A program made the position numbers and the translations under genes. Of a stretch of DNA of 64,000 nt, positions 27,356-38,500 are shown in pieces. The stretch is from positions 62,001 to 126,000 of the IMG/VR virus record IMGVR_UViG_3300037805_000644; one strand, given 5' to 3'. The notes under the pieces are model-generated. The model searched no databases and was not told the DNA's origin. It worked only from the letters and a program-made list of their open reading frames with translations. Position 1 is the first letter of the stretch. Every line of letters starts with the position of its first letter.

Positions 27356-28218
27356 AGCGGGATCTCTTCGGGTTCATCCTCGAATGAGAAATCCAAAAAC
27401 CCCACCTTGAAGCCGGAGCGGAACGCGAGAACTTTCTCCGGCCCTTCCATCTCAAACAACATGTCGTAAAAATCGTTGACCAAGCTCTGCACCGTCAGGC
27501 CCGGGTTGAAGCGTTCTGCATCCAGCACAGGTGTCGTATCTGAGGAGCCGCCGAAAGCCTGGGTGAGGACACGGTCCCGCTCCTGCTCAAGTTGCTCTCT
27601 CAGGTCCATCTGCTTGATGATGCGCCACTCGATGTCCTGGAGCTTGTGCTTGATGGACTGATTGGCCCAGTCCCGCATCTTCCGCATCGCCTTCGCCGTG
27701 GTGAGATCTTTCTGGGTGACTCGGCCGCCCAGCCGGGCTGGGTAATAGCGGGAGGTGTTGAGGTAGCCGCCCTCATAGCTCTGGTAACCCGTGCCCTGCG
27801 GGTCCTGCGCGGGGTTGTTGGGCTCCACACTCTTGGGGGCCACTACACCCCCGAACGGGTAAGTCTCGCCCACCCGGGCCTCCCCGCCGTCGCTCATGTC
27901 CATCACGGTGCTCTGGTCGGGCATCCAGAAAGGGCTGATGTCCAGGGGGTTGCCCCCGTTGGCGACATACGCCTGAACCAGCTTCTCCAGGGTGGACTTG
28001 GGGGTGACGCTCACCCCCATGCGCTCTTCGGTCACGTAATAAGAACCGTCGGGGTTTTGGGCCTGACGGTAAGCCACCGTGACAAACCCGATCCGCTCGA
28101 TCTCAGCGTTCATCACGTTAATGCGGCGGGACAGATCCCGCTTCTCCCGCAAGAGCCAGGAGCTGAACACCCGGAAATAACCGGAGGGAAAGAAACTCAT
28201 CTTGGAGAAAGAAGCCAT
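27349..28218 (-). CDS. Hypothetical virion-associated protein (289 aa) with coiled-coil segment
   Basis: In-strand ORF within the baseplate module; KHKLQDIEWRIIKQMDLREQLEQERD is heptad-like. Confidence 0.7.
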   Translation of the reverse strand: MASFSKMSFFPSGYFRVFSSWLLREKRDLSRRINVMNAEIERIGFVTVAYRQAQNPDGSYYVTEERMGVSVTPKSTLEKLVQAYVANGGNPLDISPFWMPDQSTVMDMSDGGEARVGETYPFGGVVAPKSVEPNNPAQDPQGTGYQSYEGGYLNTSRYYPARLGGRVTQKDLTTAKAMRKMRDWANQSIKHKLQDIEWRIIKQMDLREQLEQERDRVLTQAFGGSSDTTPVLDAERFNPGLTVQSLVNDFYDMLFEMEGPEKVLAFRSGFKVGFLDFSFEDEPEEIPLG

Positions 28219-28226
28219 GGCTCACT

Positions 28227-29084
28227 CTACCGAGAGGGGGTGCCTCGGAGCACAGGGAGCAGGCTCGACCGGAGTTCGGGGTGCTGATGGGCCAGGCGGG
28301 TCAGGTCTTCCCGGAAAGCTTTCTTGAAGTCAGGGCTCCAGTCCACCTCACCCCTCTGCAAGGATTTGGCGGCTGCGGGCACCTCTCCGGGGTTGATCAC
28401 AGGCATGTCGGGGCGGGCCGGGGCCCAAGAAGGGACGGACTTGGTGATGAGGTCGGCATTTGACGAAATCTCGGCGATACCTGCCTCAACCGTCCCAAAG
28501 GACGACTCCAAGACCGACTTCACATCCTCAGGCTTCCAGGGGAACTGCCCCGGGATCCCCTCAACCGTGAACTTCTGGAGCATTGCACGGGTTTTGCTGG
28601 GGGTGTAACCCGAGAGGGATCCTGACCCCGCGTTCCCTTTGTTCCTCTTGAACTTCCCCACGGTGAGGACATTCAGAACTTTGAGCAAATCCTCACCACG
28701 AACCCGAGCCATGTAACCGCCTACCTGAGCAGACTTCCCGCCAGCCAACACGGCAGCGGACCAACGGTGGTGGCCGTCCATGATGTAATTGTCGGCAGAG
28801 ATCAGAGCACCGAGGTCACCACCCACCTGGCCTTTCTTCAACATGAAAAGCGCCATCCCGAGGGACTTCGCCAAGACCATCGTGGTCTGGGAGGGCTTGA
28901 GTCGGCTCGCAGGGATGGTTTTCTTGGAGACCTGGATCTTGTCGGTGTCGCCGTTGCCCGACTCGACCATTTCCCTGGCGATTGCGGGATCAACCTGGCT
29001 GAGTTGATTCGCCTTTTCCATCTGCTGCTCGTGAATACTGCGAGCTTTCGCCCACATACGCCTCATCTGGTCAACTTGGTTCAT
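28227..29084 (-). CDS. ParB/Sulfiredoxin-fold protein (285 aa) with a C-terminal helical tag
   Basis: IPASRLKPSQ...LISADNYIMDGHHRWSAA is the ParB/Srx signature. AAGGAGG precedes ATG 29084, preferred over the track's 29129. Confidence 0.8.
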   Translation of the reverse strand: MNQVDQMRRMWAKARSIHEQQMEKANQLSQVDPAIAREMVESGNGDTDKIQVSKKTIPASRLKPSQTTMVLAKSLGMALFMLKKGQVGGDLGALISADNYIMDGHHRWSAAVLAGGKSAQVGGYMARVRGEDLLKVLNVLTVGKFKRNKGNAGSGSLSGYTPSKTRAMLQKFTVEGIPGQFPWKPEDVKSVLESSFGTVEAGIAEISSNADLITKSVPSWAPARPDMPVINPGEVPAAAKSLQRGEVDWSPDFKKAFREDLTRLAHQHPELRSSLLPVLRGTPSR

Positions 29085-29125
29085 GTGACCCTCCTTTACT
29101 AGAGAAACTGCCATAGACAGAAAAT

Positions 29126-32100
29126 TCAAAGGACATCGGGCTCATCATCCGGTGGGGGATTGTTGGGGGCTTCCAGATTCTCCAAGCCAAACAGTGGCCC
29201 TGGGGATGTGACACTGGCGTCCTGTTTGGGGTCACTGTCTTGCCCCATTGCCACTTGCAGCAACTCGATCAGAAAAGTCGGAGCACCACCCGCCAACACC
29301 GCCACCCCTCCTCCATAGGCGGCAAGCTCACGCGCTTCATCGAGCATGGTCTGCGTGACGGGTGCGCCCACCGCGGGGTCAAGCGCGGCGGCCTGCTCGA
29401 CAGCGATGCGCTCCGCCTGCTCGCGCTTCCCTCCTCCATAGGCGAGGGGGCTGTCTGAGGGCTTGTTGTCCGCCGTGATGAACTGCCGGGTGATGTCGTC
29501 AGTGCCCTGGCCCACCAGCAGCAACCCCGAGCATTGGGGGATCCCCACGGTGAACCCAAGGATGCTCTGAATCAGGGAGTTCAACCTACGGATCAGGTTC
29601 TGCAACTCGACGATGCGGTCCTCCACGAACTCGATGTACTGGACAATGGCGTCCGTCACCGACTTGATGGACTCCGCCAAGGCATCAAGCCATTGCTGGA
29701 GGGTTTCAAAGAACCCGTCCAGAGCAGGGAAACTGTCGAGGAAACGGATAGCGATCCACTCCCCGTCTTGGGGGTGGCGGAGTCCCGCAGCAGCGGCCAC
29801 ACCCAACACCAAGGCCGACTGGGAGTACAAGAGGCCACCCTCCCACTCCCGGAACATGGTCCGCAGGTACCGGGCGCCGAACGCGTCCTGAACATTAACG
29901 GGGACCACCCCCGTTTGGGCTGCCGCCCTCATCTTGTCCGCCCCGAAATAGAACACTGGAGACAGGTCCGCCGAGCCGACTTTCCTCTCCTGGGCCGCCA
30001 AGGCGTCCATGTAGGACAGGACCTTGGTGGGCACCAGGATGGAGCCGTCTGCCTGGAGGTACTTCTCGTAAAACATGCGGAGGGAAGGTGGGGAGTCTGC
30101 AAGAACTTGGAGCGCCGAACTCGCTGGAATCTGGCCCTTCACCTCCCAGTCAGCCACGTCTGCCGGGGTGACCTCAATGAAGTCGCCTTTGCGGCCTCGA
30201 ATAACATCGGGGATCCCTGCCGACATCAGCTTGCCCACCAGGGCCTCAGGCACCTCCATGCTGTAAGGGTTGGGGGCGAAACCGATGCTTCGCCAGGCCC
30301 CGAGCTGGGGGGCTGGCTCTGTGGACAAGTTCGGGAACTCAGGGGGCTTATCCACTGAGGCCGCCAGATCGTTGTTCCGTTGCTTCAAAGCCAGCGTTTC
30401 AGTGTCCAGCTCAGTGCTCAGGGCAGCAAGCAGCAAGAAATCAGCAGAGGCATCGTTCATGCTGGGAAGGTCGGAGATCCGCCTCATCTCCTTAATGGCT
30501 CCGGTCTCCCCAACCCCGAGGAGCAAAGCCTGCACGCTGGCTTCGTTTCGCATCTCCAGAGTGTTCTGGGCGATGAACTCATGAAGCTCGGGACGGGCAC
30601 CAAGTTTGTCGCACAGCTCCTTGGCAAAACCCCGCACCCGGGTCAGCAGCTCCTGGCGGAACCTCTGTGGGTTTTGACCCTTGGTCTCGATGAACTGCTT
30701 GAACCCTCCGGGGAACATCTGCTCCAGAAGGCCCTTGTAAGGCTCCAAACCCGTGGCCAGGAGTGCCACCCCGGGGATGAGCTTCTTGTGCTCCTTAGCC
30801 AGCTCAATAGCCTCCTCTGGCCACCCCTCCACCTCGTCGATGAGGGGGAGATCGGAACGGCTCAGGACCAGCACCATCAGGGCAATCGACACAGCGTCGA
30901 GGAAATCTCCGGTGTTGGAGTTAGGGATGGTGGCCTTGAATGCGGGACTCCAGGCTGACCTCTTCGCCTGCCCCTTTTGGGGGATACGGAACAGCTCCCC
31001 CGGGTTGTTTCCCAGGTCCCGGACCTTAGAGAAATCCAGGGCATAACTCTTGCTGATCGTCCGATCTCCGAGTGGGGTCGCCAAGGTGTACTCTGCATTA
31101 TCGGTGGAGGCGATGCGGACATAGTAAGTGCTCAGCCGGCCGAGGTCCCGGACAGTGACCTGGCCGGTCAGGTTGTCCACTTTGAACTCAGCATCATGAG
31201 GCAGGTCATCGAAATTGAGGACCAGGCTGTACTCCTGCTTGACCCAGGCACTGATCTGCCCGGGGTCCACCGCAAAGGTCCGTTGGAGCAGGTAAGGGTT
31301 GTCGATGTCCTCACCCTCTCTGAGCAGATCGAGATCGATGACCTCCCCCGAGGCGCGGCTCTTCAACCCATAAACGGCGGTGTGGCCGTCCCGGAACTGG
31401 TTTGGCCCCTCAACAACACTGTTCCAGGAGTGCTCATCCAGGGGACCGTCAAGCATATCGGACCCACCGTACAGGATGTAAGGCTGACCCTTCCTGTCGA
31501 GGACCTTACCGGCCTCCCGTGAGGACCGGCGTGCCGTGTCACCACCCTCGGGCTCTCTCTTCTTGGCGTCGTTCTCGGGCCGGTTGAAGGCAAGGGGGAT
31601 CCCCTCCTCCCGTGTGCCGACGGTCACCAGGAATCCCTGAGGCCCCACCGGAGGGAACGGGTTGAACGGGCTCGTCAGGTTGGTCGGCTGGACTTTCCAG
31701 GTGATCTTCACCTTCTCAGGTGGGGTGTCCTCAAAACGCACCAGGTTCTCGAACGAGTCAAAAACATCACCGTTGGCCTGGGTCCCAAACTGGATCCCCG
31801 TGACGATGGGCACCGGGGGTGTGCCTGAGGGGTTGAAGCTCTGATTGAACAGGTCCAGGAGTTGTTCAACGAACTGCACCAGCCGGGAGATCCCACTGTA
31901 GTCTACCGAGAGATAAAAGAAAGCCCCGAGCACGGAGGCGTTGCCTGAGATGTCGGGTCGGGTGGGGTCGGTCTTGTCGGTGAGGCGGGCGATCATCCGC
32001 CGCTCGTACTCCGAGTAACCACCCCGGAGATCCTGATAGGGGCTCTCCAAGAGAGCCCAATCACCCGTGATGTAGATCCCCAAGTTTTGGAGATCTGCCA

Positions 32101-32314
32101 GCAAAGTGCTGACCTGGTCGATGATCGCCTGGACAAGGGCAGCAATGGGATCAAGGGACCCCACTGCAAAGGCTTTGAGGAGCTGGAGGGCGGACAAGGC
32201 GATGTCCAAAAACTCCAGCAAGAACTCTGCGACGCTGTTGATCGACTCCCGGGTGTCCTCCAGGAAATCAGGCAGCTCGAAACTGACTGTCCCCCACTCT
32301 CCGAAATCAGACAT
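29126..32314 (-). CDS. Large hypothetical virion-associated protein (1062 aa; MSDFGEW...) with amphipathic helical termini
   Basis: TGATG coupling to the upstream 78-aa gene and AGGAGG-like RBS support ATG 32314 rather than 32380. Confidence 0.75.
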   Translation of the reverse strand: MSDFGEWGTVSFELPDFLEDTRESINSVAEFLLEFLDIALSALQLLKAFAVGSLDPIAALVQAIIDQVSTLLADLQNLGIYITGDWALLESPYQDLRGGYSEYERRMIARLTDKTDPTRPDISGNASVLGAFFYLSVDYSGISRLVQFVEQLLDLFNQSFNPSGTPPVPIVTGIQFGTQANGDVFDSFENLVRFEDTPPEKVKITWKVQPTNLTSPFNPFPPVGPQGFLVTVGTREEGIPLAFNRPENDAKKREPEGGDTARRSSREAGKVLDRKGQPYILYGGSDMLDGPLDEHSWNSVVEGPNQFRDGHTAVYGLKSRASGEVIDLDLLREGEDIDNPYLLQRTFAVDPGQISAWVKQEYSLVLNFDDLPHDAEFKVDNLTGQVTVRDLGRLSTYYVRIASTDNAEYTLATPLGDRTISKSYALDFSKVRDLGNNPGELFRIPQKGQAKRSAWSPAFKATIPNSNTGDFLDAVSIALMVLVLSRSDLPLIDEVEGWPEEAIELAKEHKKLIPGVALLATGLEPYKGLLEQMFPGGFKQFIETKGQNPQRFRQELLTRVRGFAKELCDKLGARPELHEFIAQNTLEMRNEASVQALLLGVGETGAIKEMRRISDLPSMNDASADFLLLAALSTELDTETLALKQRNNDLAASVDKPPEFPNLSTEPAPQLGAWRSIGFAPNPYSMEVPEALVGKLMSAGIPDVIRGRKGDFIEVTPADVADWEVKGQIPASSALQVLADSPPSLRMFYEKYLQADGSILVPTKVLSYMDALAAQERKVGSADLSPVFYFGADKMRAAAQTGVVPVNVQDAFGARYLRTMFREWEGGLLYSQSALVLGVAAAAGLRHPQDGEWIAIRFLDSFPALDGFFETLQQWLDALAESIKSVTDAIVQYIEFVEDRIVELQNLIRRLNSLIQSILGFTVGIPQCSGLLLVGQGTDDITRQFITADNKPSDSPLAYGGGKREQAERIAVEQAAALDPAVGAPVTQTMLDEARELAAYGGGVAVLAGGAPTFLIELLQVAMGQDSDPKQDASVTSPGPLFGLENLEAPNNPPPDDEPDVL
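29306..29321. repeat. 16-bp direct repeat CCCTCCTCCATAGGCG, copy 1 (encodes AYGGG)
   Basis: Exact match to 29429-29444, 123 bp (41 codons) away. Confidence 0.9.
29429..29444. repeat. 16-bp direct repeat CCCTCCTCCATAGGCG, copy 2
   Basis: Exact match to 29306-29321. Confidence 0.9.
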
Positions 32315-32550
32315 CAGGAACCTCCACCGTGCTTGATGAGGGCGAGTTTCTGCAACGCCTCCGCCTTCTTGCCCTCCCACTCTGCAAGCTGCTGCTGGAG
32401 GATGCTCCGCATGGCCAACAGAGCCTGAGCCTGCTCATCGGCGAAAGCCGGGCGGATCTGCTTGTTGCTTCCGGCGGGAGACCAGGTGCCTACGTCTCTG
32501 CCGGTCTCGGCCAGCAACTCACCAGCTTCTTTGGGGGTCAAGGGCTTCAT
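32314..32550 (-). CDS. Small coiled-coil hypothetical protein (78 aa)
   Basis: ATGA overlap with the giant gene's stop and TGATG overlap with the next start. Confidence 0.75.
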   Translation of the reverse strand: MKPLTPKEAGELLAETGRDVGTWSPAGSNKQIRPAFADEQAQALLAMRSILQQQLAEWEGKKAEALQKLALIKHGGGS

Positions 32551-35500
32551 GCGTTCTCCGCTGCCTCTTCCAGGCGTGCTGCCCGCTCAGCCTCCGCCAG
32601 GCGCTTGGGCAGATCCTGGTCAAACAACTCAATGCGGCGCAAGGTGCCCTGAATTGTGTTGGTTCGGTAAGCCAACCAGGCATACCGAGCCGGGCGGAGC
32701 TGATCCTCAGTGTCCTGGATGATATCAACCCGCTCAGGCAGCACAGGGCGGACAGCCTCACCAGAGGTGTCCGAATATGCGGTGTAAGGGCCCCCCGCAA
32801 GCGGGAAGGCCGGGTCTGCACCCGAATCGAAGGTCCGGTAACCGATGTTGCTGTCAGGCACGAGCGAGTCCAGCCTCCGGTCGAGGATCCAGAACCGCCT
32901 GTCTAGGATCGACAGGCAGTCCGAGGTGTTCATGAACGGGGAGGTGTTGGTCTCTCCGATCAAGCTCTCCACGGTCACATTACCCAGGACCCCGAGGCCG
33001 TCGATGGGATCGCTGGGCGATCCAATGTCACGGCAGTGCTGTTCGTCCTGGAACACCCAGTAAGTGCCGGACTTGTTGCCACTCATGATGACCCTCAGCT
33101 CCTGAATCCAGGAAAGGATCCGCTCTCGGTTCATCAGCACCAGGTCCACCGCATCTTCTGAGAAGAGTTGGCTTGGTCGAATGATGCGGTAACCAAACGG
33201 GCGGATAGAGTGCGTGTCCCCCGTGTATGTGTCGGCACCCGCGATGTTCTCCCGCTTCTTGGTGGGCCGGAGGTCCATCTGACCCTCCCGGCTGTCCGGT
33301 GTGAGCACCGAGCCAGAAATGGTTGGCATGATGCTGTACCCCAAGGTCGCCTGAAATGTCGGGTCCTCGGGGAACACCACGTCAGAGGTCGCCCCACTGA
33401 TCCGGGCACCCGCCAAGGTGTTCAAGCCGTCTACCACCAGAACCGCAGGGCTCACGCTGTCGTCGATGTCAACGACCCTGTAAAACCCACGGTTGTCATC
33501 CAGGGAGTTGGGCTCCCCTGCGGAATGCCCTGCACGCTGCGGGCCCGAGGACAGGAAAGCGCCGATGTCCCCGATAGGTCGGGAGCCCCGCTCACCCGTC
33601 TGAGAGATCGTGGGGGTCGGATCTACAACCACGATGTCACCGCGCTGTACGCCCTTGCCACCCCAAGTACCCGGGTTGGCATCGTCCGACATGCGGTTGA
33701 CCACCGAGTCGTAGTCCACAGTGATCTGGTTGACATACCCGCCCGTCTCAGTGGCGTAGTCTGCTTTGGTCTCAGTGACCGTTTTGAAGGTCACCAGCTC
33801 CAGGAGCTGTTCATTGCTCTGCTCATGGGGGACAGGGGCCTGGCGAAGCCAGATCTCGAACCGCATCCCCGAGTTGGACTCCAGGGTCGCCTTGGGGGTC
33901 TGGAGCCCGGGGGCCTCCAACTTGACCTCCGAGGAAGAGGTCGCCCCGACAATGGCTACCTGCTCCAACAGGTTCCCGTCCTCATCCAAGAGGCGGAACA
34001 GATCACCGGCATTGATGTTCACATCGAGGTTATCGAATGGCCCCAGGTTGGTTCCGATGAGGCCCACCTCACCCGTGTTCCATACATCCGGTGCCAAGGG
34101 TGCTGCACCCCAGTCGTTATTGAAGTCCATGTCGAAGCCGTTGGCCTCCACAAGACCGAACTGCTTTGCCGTGGCGGTGTACTGGGTGATGCGCCCACGG
34201 CGGATCTCATAAGCGAAACGCAGCGGGGCGAACTGAGCTGAGATGTCGTCAAGCAGTCCGTGGAAGCGGCGGATGCGTCGAACCTCGAACTCCACCGGCT
34301 CGGGGGTCGTCACCGCAACACCACTGGTGTTGAAGGCGGCGAAGTCCCGGGCTCCGATGTTGGCGTAAGCTGCTGCACCTTGCTCTACGACATTGGCTTG
34401 GCCTGCGTCGTACTGCTCAACGGGGGTGGGGAAGCTAGGCTCCAGGAAGATACCCGCTTGTGCCCAGAACCCGCTGGTGGGCCCCACGGGGTCACCCAGG
34501 GTGACCTCTGTGTTCGGCAAGAGAGCCGCCACCCACTGGGGGGCCGCCGAGTGCCCATTGGGGTCATTCAGTGTGGCCCAGTCGGCATCGGGCACATTGG
34601 CGATGTTGATGGCGACGGGGACGTGGTCGTACACCACCGGATCCTCATCCGGGTTGTACAGGGTGTTGTTGATAGGGGTGCCTTCATCCACCTCAACCTG
34701 ACCGCCGCCACCAGGCACGGTAATCTCACCAGCGGTCGCATCGTACAGGACGGGGGCGCCGGGGCCTGCTGCACCCTCGAAATTGATCAGGCGGACCCCA
34801 TGGATCACCTCGGAGCCCAGGGTCAAGTCATGATGACCAACCACGGACCAGGAGTCTGGCAGGTCACCGCCACGAACACCCACCACCAGCGAGTCCAAGC
34901 CCGCCACCGGCAAGCCCACCCAGGGCTCCAAGTCCCCGAGGAGTGCGGGCGCTCCCGTGGCGTCCAGGAGGTTATTCAGGGTGAACGTGGTGAGCGTCAT
35001 GCCAGTTACGGCACCAGACCAGAACGCAGTGGCGTACTCCGCAGCCGTGGCGGCTGTGAGCTTGGACAGGTCACGGCAAATGAAGACCCGGTTACCCACA
35101 CCAGGGAACCCCGAGGTGCTGGTCACCGTCAGGGTGCTTCCGTCGAAACGCACCACCTCGGGGAACGTCTGCATGATCCAGCCGTTACCCCCACCCACCA
35201 CACAGGTTTGGGTGGTCTGGAGGGTGTGGCTCAGGGCATCATTCTCTGCAATGGCGTGCTTGACCAGGTAAGTCCCCGCCTTAGTGCAGGCATCATGCGC
35301 GGCGTCTCCTGACTTCTTGATGGTCAGGATGTCACCAGGTTCCACCTGCCCCACCAAACCGGCTGAAACCACCGGCTCGGTCACCCGGTCGTCCGACAAC
35401 AAGGCCACGGCGGCAGGGATGTCCCCATTGGCCTTGGACTCCATGAGCCCCGACCCTTGGCAGATGACACCCGAGGGCCCGTTAGGCGAAGAGGGGACAC

Positions 35501-38500
35501 CTGCAAACCGCACGTCGGTGCCGGGAAGGTTGACGTTCAGATGCCCCTCCAAGGCTACTGCCTTGAGGGATCCCCCTGCCGGAGAACTCCAAGCTCCGCT
35601 CGCCAGCTCATTGCCCACATCCGCTGCTGTGCGGCCGATGAACGTGAGGGGGTCACCGCCGTTGATGCGGTTGACTGAACTGGCGGTGTTCGGCGCACAG
35701 GTGACCTCCTCCACGAGGAGCCGTGTCTCCAGCACTGTGCCCGCTGCTTGCGGGTGGGTGCTACCCCTCTGGCGAGAAAGGCGGAAATCAAGAACCTCAT
35801 GGAAAGTCAAACGGTCCCCTGCAACATACGCGGTGTCACTCTCACCCCGAGGAGCAGCGTTGTTGTAAGTGTCCACATCCACAGAGAAATCGTAACTGTA
35901 AACCGTCTCCCGCTTGTACCCCGGCGCTGCCAGGTTGGTCTCCACGTAAGGCACGAACCATTGAGCCGGTGTAGGGCCGGGCCAGATGTGCCCGCCAATG
36001 CCGAAGCCTGTGATCACGATGTGCTTGTTCGCCGCTGGGCTACCCAGCGGTGCTGGGTCATTGGTGCCGAACTCGACATTGGTCACCACCACCGTGGTGG
36101 GCGCATTGCCGGACACCGTATCAGTGATGGTGACGTTGAGACCCTGGATTTCGATGCTGAACAGCTCGGTGCCCGGTGCCGCCATGGGGTTGGCACCCGG
36201 CGTATCCACCACACCGACATCATCCCGGGCCCAACACCGGAGGGTGATCCTGTTGTTGGCCTTGGAGCCGGCTGCGCCCCAGATGTCATTGAGGTTACCC
36301 GCAGCCGCCGCTACGCCGTCGTTGAGTGCAATCGAACCCAAGTCCACGAAAGAGAGGACTGTGGTGTCGAGGGCGGCATCACCGCTCTGGTCATATTCGT
36401 ACAGGCGAACCCCGCTCGGCTGATCCACCGTGGGGTCATTGCCCAGGTACCCATCCACATGAACCAGGGCGTTGTCAAGGACATACCGAACAGGGGAGCC
36501 TGTCGGGCCACCTGCAACTGCGGGTGCCGTTGTGGGGGTGATAAACCGAGGGGGCTCGATGAAGCCCACCCCGCCCGCTTCTTGTCGAACGGCACCCACA
36601 TTGAGGAGCCCCTGAGCACCTGCATTGATGCCACTCTGGCCACACTCCACCAGGAGGAGATCAAAGGGCTCAAGGCTTTCCTGACCAACCCCAACGGGGA
36701 ACGGGTCCTGGAGGGTCATGATAACCCCAGCCTCTTTGGTGGCTCCACCTGATCCAAAGGGATCACCCACATCCGAGAAATCGTGATTGATTCCATCGTG
36801 GGTGTCGATGACCTCCCCATCCAGGGCCACAATCTCGTCAGGGTAGGTGTACAGGCCCCCATTCTGAGAGAACACCCCGAACAGGTTGGACATCAGGGTG
36901 GGGTCCCCAAGGCGATCCAGTTCTGTGTTGCCAGTCCTCAGGTAAGGGATGCTGTAATCCCCGTCGTCGTCGGTGACCTGGCCCAGGAGGGCCGGGATCT
37001 CCAGCGGGAGGGGGTTGGCATACACGAACTCAACCGGGCCCTCGATGCCGCTCAGCGGGTCGGGAGCCTTCTGGCCGAAAATCTCTTTGAGCCCGTAAGG
37101 GTGCGGGTCATTGAAACTCGGGAGCGTCTGGTCTAGCACCCGGCCGTCAGGGCGGATGGAGAGGTCGAACCCATTGCGGTACACGTCGATGGAGCTGCCC
37201 ATCGCCCTCAGCTCACTGATGGTTGGGGGATCCGAGATCTCCACACCTTGCCCAAGAGACGGGATAACCAGGATGGTGTCCCCCTGGCTCAGCGGGAAAT
37301 CCTGGAGGGGGGTGCCGCTTGCGGCCCCTGTCCCGACCAGGATGCGGCTTGGATCATCCAACAGGGAGCCTTGGCTGTCCGCGAATCGAACGACGCAACC
37401 GTACTGCACATCAAGCACATGCAGGCTATCCAGCAAGGGGATGCCGAAAACCGTGAAGCTTTTCTGGCTGTGCGCCTGGTAAAGGCTTCCGTCAGGCTGG
37501 CCCCAGGAGAGTTGGTCACCGGGGGCAAAGCCCGGGAGGGCCAGCTCTGGGTCACCCGCCTCGGCATCCGCGATCTCCCCGCCCTGAGAACGGAGCTTGG
37601 ACACATCGACGAACCCGGTATCAGGGTGGACCGGAACCTCCGAGAGGGGGGTCTGCACCACGATCATGCAGGGTTCCAGGATAGCTGCGGGGGGCACCGC
37701 ACCGAACACATTGGCGGCCAAGCCGTCTGGGAAATAGCCCCAGACCCGGGCTCGGGCTCGCCGGGGGGTCAGGGCAGACTCGCTGATGTTGGTGATACCG
37801 CCCAACACGGGGTTGCTCACCGATGCGATCTCGGACTGGTTGGTGCTCTTCCGCTCTCCATCGACCGTGCGCCCCCAGGTGTAAGAGCCGGGATCCCCAG
37901 TGGCCTCGTCTGCCCCGATACCCGGGAAAGTCAAGAAAAATGCCTTGGCCTGGGTTGGGTAAATCCGGCTCAGGGCATGGCTGTCGGCCATCCGCTTGAA
38001 GTCGGCCAGGGCCTGGATCGAGAAAAACGGGGACACAGGTAGGAATTTGACGGTCGGGCGCTGCTTTGAGGTTACGACAAGGTCATCGACATCGTTGGTG
38101 ACCAAAACCGCCTGACGGGCGATGAGCTGCTGGAGTCGATCTGCGGTTGGGAACACCCCCGCCAGAACGCCACCCGCCAAGGTGGCCGAAGTGGGCTCCA
38201 CGAGAGGGTCCGCCTCCAAGAAAATGAGGTCATTGGCGGGGTTGGCCTCATTGACCACCATGCTCCACAGGTTCTTGGGCAGGAGGTGCCCTGAGATCTC
38301 ATCCTCATAGCCAGGCGTGGGCCACTCAAGCCCTTTGCCGATGAAGAAACGGAACTTGCCATCTCGGTCGCCAACGAATCGGCCGTCAATGGTCTCGTTG
38401 ATCTGCTCGAAAGCAACAATGGCCTGGTTGTAGAAATCAAGGAAAGTCCGGGAAGCCCGGTCCTTGTCCATCAGGTGTCGGCGCTCCCAGATGAGGCCCG

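Noticed and set aside
29085-29129. Track start 29129 for the ParB-like gene (likewise 32380 for the 1062-aa gene and 27121 for the 53-aa gene)
   Set aside because: Better RBSs or stop/start overlaps support 29084, 32314 and 27187.
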